This document shows, one piece after another, positions 61,472 through 64,000 of a stretch of DNA of 64,000 bases; position 1 is the first letter of the stretch, and each line of letters begins with the position of its first letter. Source of the stretch: an uncultured Gemmatimonadales bacterium (GTDB lineage: Bacteria; Gemmatimonadota; Gemmatimonadetes; Gemmatimonadales; GWC2-71-9). The DNA is taken from assembly GCA_963821525.1 (NCBI GenBank), contig CAWGED010000008.1, forward strand, positions 160,001 to 224,000, read 5' to 3'. The position numbers were made by a program, and so were the translations under genes. Under the pieces are notes generated by a model, which made no database searches, was not told the origin of the DNA, and saw only the letters and a program-made list of their open reading frames with translations.

Positions 61472-62962
61472 ATGCGGTCATTCATCACATCCGCCGTCGC
61501 ACTGATCTTCTTCACCATACCCGCTCATGCCCAGCGGCAATACCGCTTCGAGCTGGGAGCCTCCGCCGGGTACTACGCCTTCGACAGCAAGACCGAACTC
61601 GACAATGCCTTTGGTGGATCGCTTCGGGCAGGTTATTGGATAACCGGCCCCCTGTCGGTCGAAGTCGAAGGCAGTTATGCCAAGCCGAAGACCACGAGCT
61701 CCCTCAACAATGCCGTGGATGTGAAGAGCATCGGAGGTTGGGCTTTGCTCAACCTCCCCATAGGAAAATCGGCCTCCGGATTCCTCAAGGGAGGCTACGC
61801 CTCGGTGACCTACGGGAGCGGATGTCCCTCGGTCTCGGTTCCCGGAGCGGGGCCCTGCGGAACGGCGGGCGCGATCCAGGGAGGCGCCGGCGTACGCATC
61901 GCTCTGACACCGACCGTAATGATGCGCTACGAGGGAATGGTCAATCAGAGCCAGACCTTCCTGAAATTTTCCAATATCGCGGTACATGGCGGCCTGAGCC
62001 TCATGATCGGGAGCAAACCCCTGGTGGACACCGACGGGGATCGGGTCTACGACGGCTCCGACAATTGCGCCGGGACACCCGCAGGGGCATTGGTGGACAA
62101 GCACGGCTGCCCGACCGATACCGATGGGGATGGTGTAGCTGACGGGCTCGACCGGTGTCCGGACACCCCGGAAGGCGCCAAGGTAAACGCCGCCGGCTGC
62201 ACCGCCGACAGCGATGCGGACGGGGTGCTGGACGGGATCGACCAGTGCGCCGATACCCCGGTCGGCGCCACGGTGAGCGACAACGGCTGCCCGCTGGACG
62301 CGGACAAGGACGGTGTATACGACGGCCTGGATCGCTGCATGGCGACCCCCGAGGGCACCCAGGTCGATTCCCTGGGTTGCCCCAGCGATTCCGACAACGA
62401 CGGCGTGTTCGACGGGATCGACAAGTGTCCCAACACACCTTCCGGAACGACGGTGAACGCGATGGGATGCCCGCCGGGTCAGGACACCGACAAGGACGGC
62501 GTGCTCGACGCACTGGACAAGTGCCCCAATACGCCGCCCGCCACCGGGGTAGACCAGGATGGCTGTCCGGTCGCAGCTGCGCCTGTGCGGAAGCCGCCTC
62601 CGGTCGGCGCAAGTCACGCCTGGATGGTGCCGGGTGCCATGTTCCCGATGCGGAGCGCAGCACTCTCGCCCAAGGCCCAGCCGGTGCTCGATTCGGTGGC
62701 CACGGCGATGCTGGTGGACACCACCCTCAAGGCAACCGTCTCCGGGTATGCCCAGGATCGTCTGGTGCCAGGCGACAACACCAGGCTCTCACAGCAGAGG
62801 GCCGACGCAGTCCGCACCTACATCATGGGTAAGGGAGTATCGGCTCGGCGGATCACGGCGGTGGGCCGCGGTTCGCAATCGCTCATTGTAGCCGACACGA
62901 CCGAGGCGGCACGGACCATCAATCGACGGGTCGAGATCAAGCTCCAACCATTGGAGCCATAG
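61472..62962 (+). CDS. OmpA-family protein with beta-barrel and thrombospondin-3 (DxDxDG) repeats
   Basis: Signal peptide; six DxDxDGVxDxxDxCxxTP..GC repeats; LSQQRA, INRRVEI. Confidence 0.9.
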   Translation: MRSFITSAVALIFFTIPAHAQRQYRFELGASAGYYAFDSKTELDNAFGGSLRAGYWITGPLSVEVEGSYAKPKTTSSLNNAVDVKSIGGWALLNLPIGKSASGFLKGGYASVTYGSGCPSVSVPGAGPCGTAGAIQGGAGVRIALTPTVMMRYEGMVNQSQTFLKFSNIAVHGGLSLMIGSKPLVDTDGDRVYDGSDNCAGTPAGALVDKHGCPTDTDGDGVADGLDRCPDTPEGAKVNAAGCTADSDADGVLDGIDQCADTPVGATVSDNGCPLDADKDGVYDGLDRCMATPEGTQVDSLGCPSDSDNDGVFDGIDKCPNTPSGTTVNAMGCPPGQDTDKDGVLDALDKCPNTPPATGVDQDGCPVAAAPVRKPPPVGASHAWMVPGAMFPMRSAALSPKAQPVLDSVATAMLVDTTLKATVSGYAQDRLVPGDNTRLSQQRADAVRTYIMGKGVSARRITAVGRGSQSLIVADTTEAARTINRRVEIKLQPLEP

Positions 62963-63073
62963 CGAGATACACCACCCGCTCTACCGGGAAGGTGAGCACG
63001 GACCTTGCGGAGCCCTAGCCCCAGCTACGCGGCTCCGCTCCGTCGGCTCCTCTTTCCTGCAAGGCGATAGAGC

Positions 63074-64000
63074 ATGATGCGCGTTCGTTTGAGTCCTCTG
63101 ATCCTGGCTCTGGCCTTGGGCGCCCCGGTTGCCGAGGCGCAGGTCAACCGCTCCTGGGGAGATGAGCTCCGCCTGGTGCCGTCCCCCGAGCGCCTGGTTC
63201 CGGTGGCACCCCGCCAGCTGGAGCCGCTCGATTGGCCGGCGCCCCCCAGGACCACCTCCCCATCTGCGGTTCGCGCCATCTACCTCAACGCCTGGGCCTT
63301 CGGCGGGAAGCGCTTCTACGATCTCGTCCGGCTCGCCGACTCGACCGAGATCAACTCTTTCGTCGTGGACGTCAAGGACGACACCGGGTACCTGACCTAC
63401 AAGTCGTCGGTCCCCACGGCCATTCAAATCGGTGCCAACCCTCAACTCCGCGCCCGCGATGCAGCGGCTCGAGTCCGCTAAATGCTGGCGCACGGGATCC
63501 ATCCCATCGCCCGGATCGTGGTGGCGAAGGATCCGCTGCTGGCGTCGCACAAGCCGGCGTGGGCGGTGCAGATCGCCGGCGGCGGAGTCTGGCGTGACCG
63601 GCTCGACTTCGCCTGGGTCGATGCCTTCAACGATTCAGTGTGGGTCTACGCCTCGCAGCTCGCGGCCGAGGCAGTGCAGATGGGATTTGCCGAGGTGCAG
63701 TTCGATTACGTCCGCTTCCCCGATGAGCCCAGAGCCCGGATGGCGAACGCGATGTTTCCGGCTCGCCGCGCCGGAGAGACCACGCGGCATGGAGTGCGCC
63801 GCAACCTCAAGCTGCTGCGGGACCGGATAAAGCCGCTCGGGGTCCCCTTCACCATCGACGTCTTCGGGATGACGACCAACGTCGAAGTGGACATGGGGAT
63901 CGGGCAGGTGTGGGAGGATCTGGTCAGCACCGCGGACGTGGTGCTCCCGATGGTCTATCCCAGCCATTACTACAACTCGATGTACGGCGTGCGACGGCCC
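63074..64000 (+). CDS. Putative glycoside hydrolase (DUF4015-like), frameshift ~63480, truncated by the window end
   Basis: VRAIYLN, VVDVKDDTG, IARIVVAKD, EVQFDYVRFP, PMVYPSHY. Confidence 0.8.

Noticed and set aside
62026..62570. DxDxDG repeats of OmpA as a lanthanide-binding module
   Set aside because: Ordinary TSP3-type Ca-binding repeats common in OmpA proteins; outside the xox operon; no specific evidence
1..64000. Mass pseudogenisation or programmed frameshifting (at least 20 split genes, including ispH, xoxF, fhcA/C/D)
   Set aside because: Single-base indels hit essential and accessory genes alike, often in short homopolymers, with motifs otherwise intact; typical long-read consensus error

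Overview
GC-rich bacterial window, most plausibly Gemmatimonadota (inferred from gene content and protein style; no marker gene is present). At least 20 genes are split by single-base indels, which looks like long-read assembly error rather than true pseudogenisation. Positions 1-21 kb hold mixed housekeeping genes: quinone oxidoreductase, tag, a second DnaE-type polymerase, ispH, an APC permease, a two-component pair and an odd SF2 helicase. Positions 21.3-26.3 kb hold a chaperone-usher-like pilus locus. Positions 26.9-57.2 kb form a ~30 kb C1-oxidation island: fae, mtd, fhcBADC, mch, tetrahydromethanopterin/methylofuran biosynthesis genes, and a lanthanide-type methanol dehydrogenase operon (xoxF-xoxJ-xoxG, pentapeptide repeat, YVTN propeller). 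The most striking unexplained features are: (i) a ~530-nt, densely base-paired leader between a near-consensus sigma70 promoter and xoxF; (ii) a shorter structured leader with a terminator-like hairpin before fae; (iii) unexpected genes inside the island (tandem-EthD lipoprotein, Tyr-less SDR, DUF1464, MfnF-MfnE fusion); and (iv) a family of 7-9-mer tandem-repeat palindromes at many gene junctions, three of which sit inside the dnaE coding sequence.
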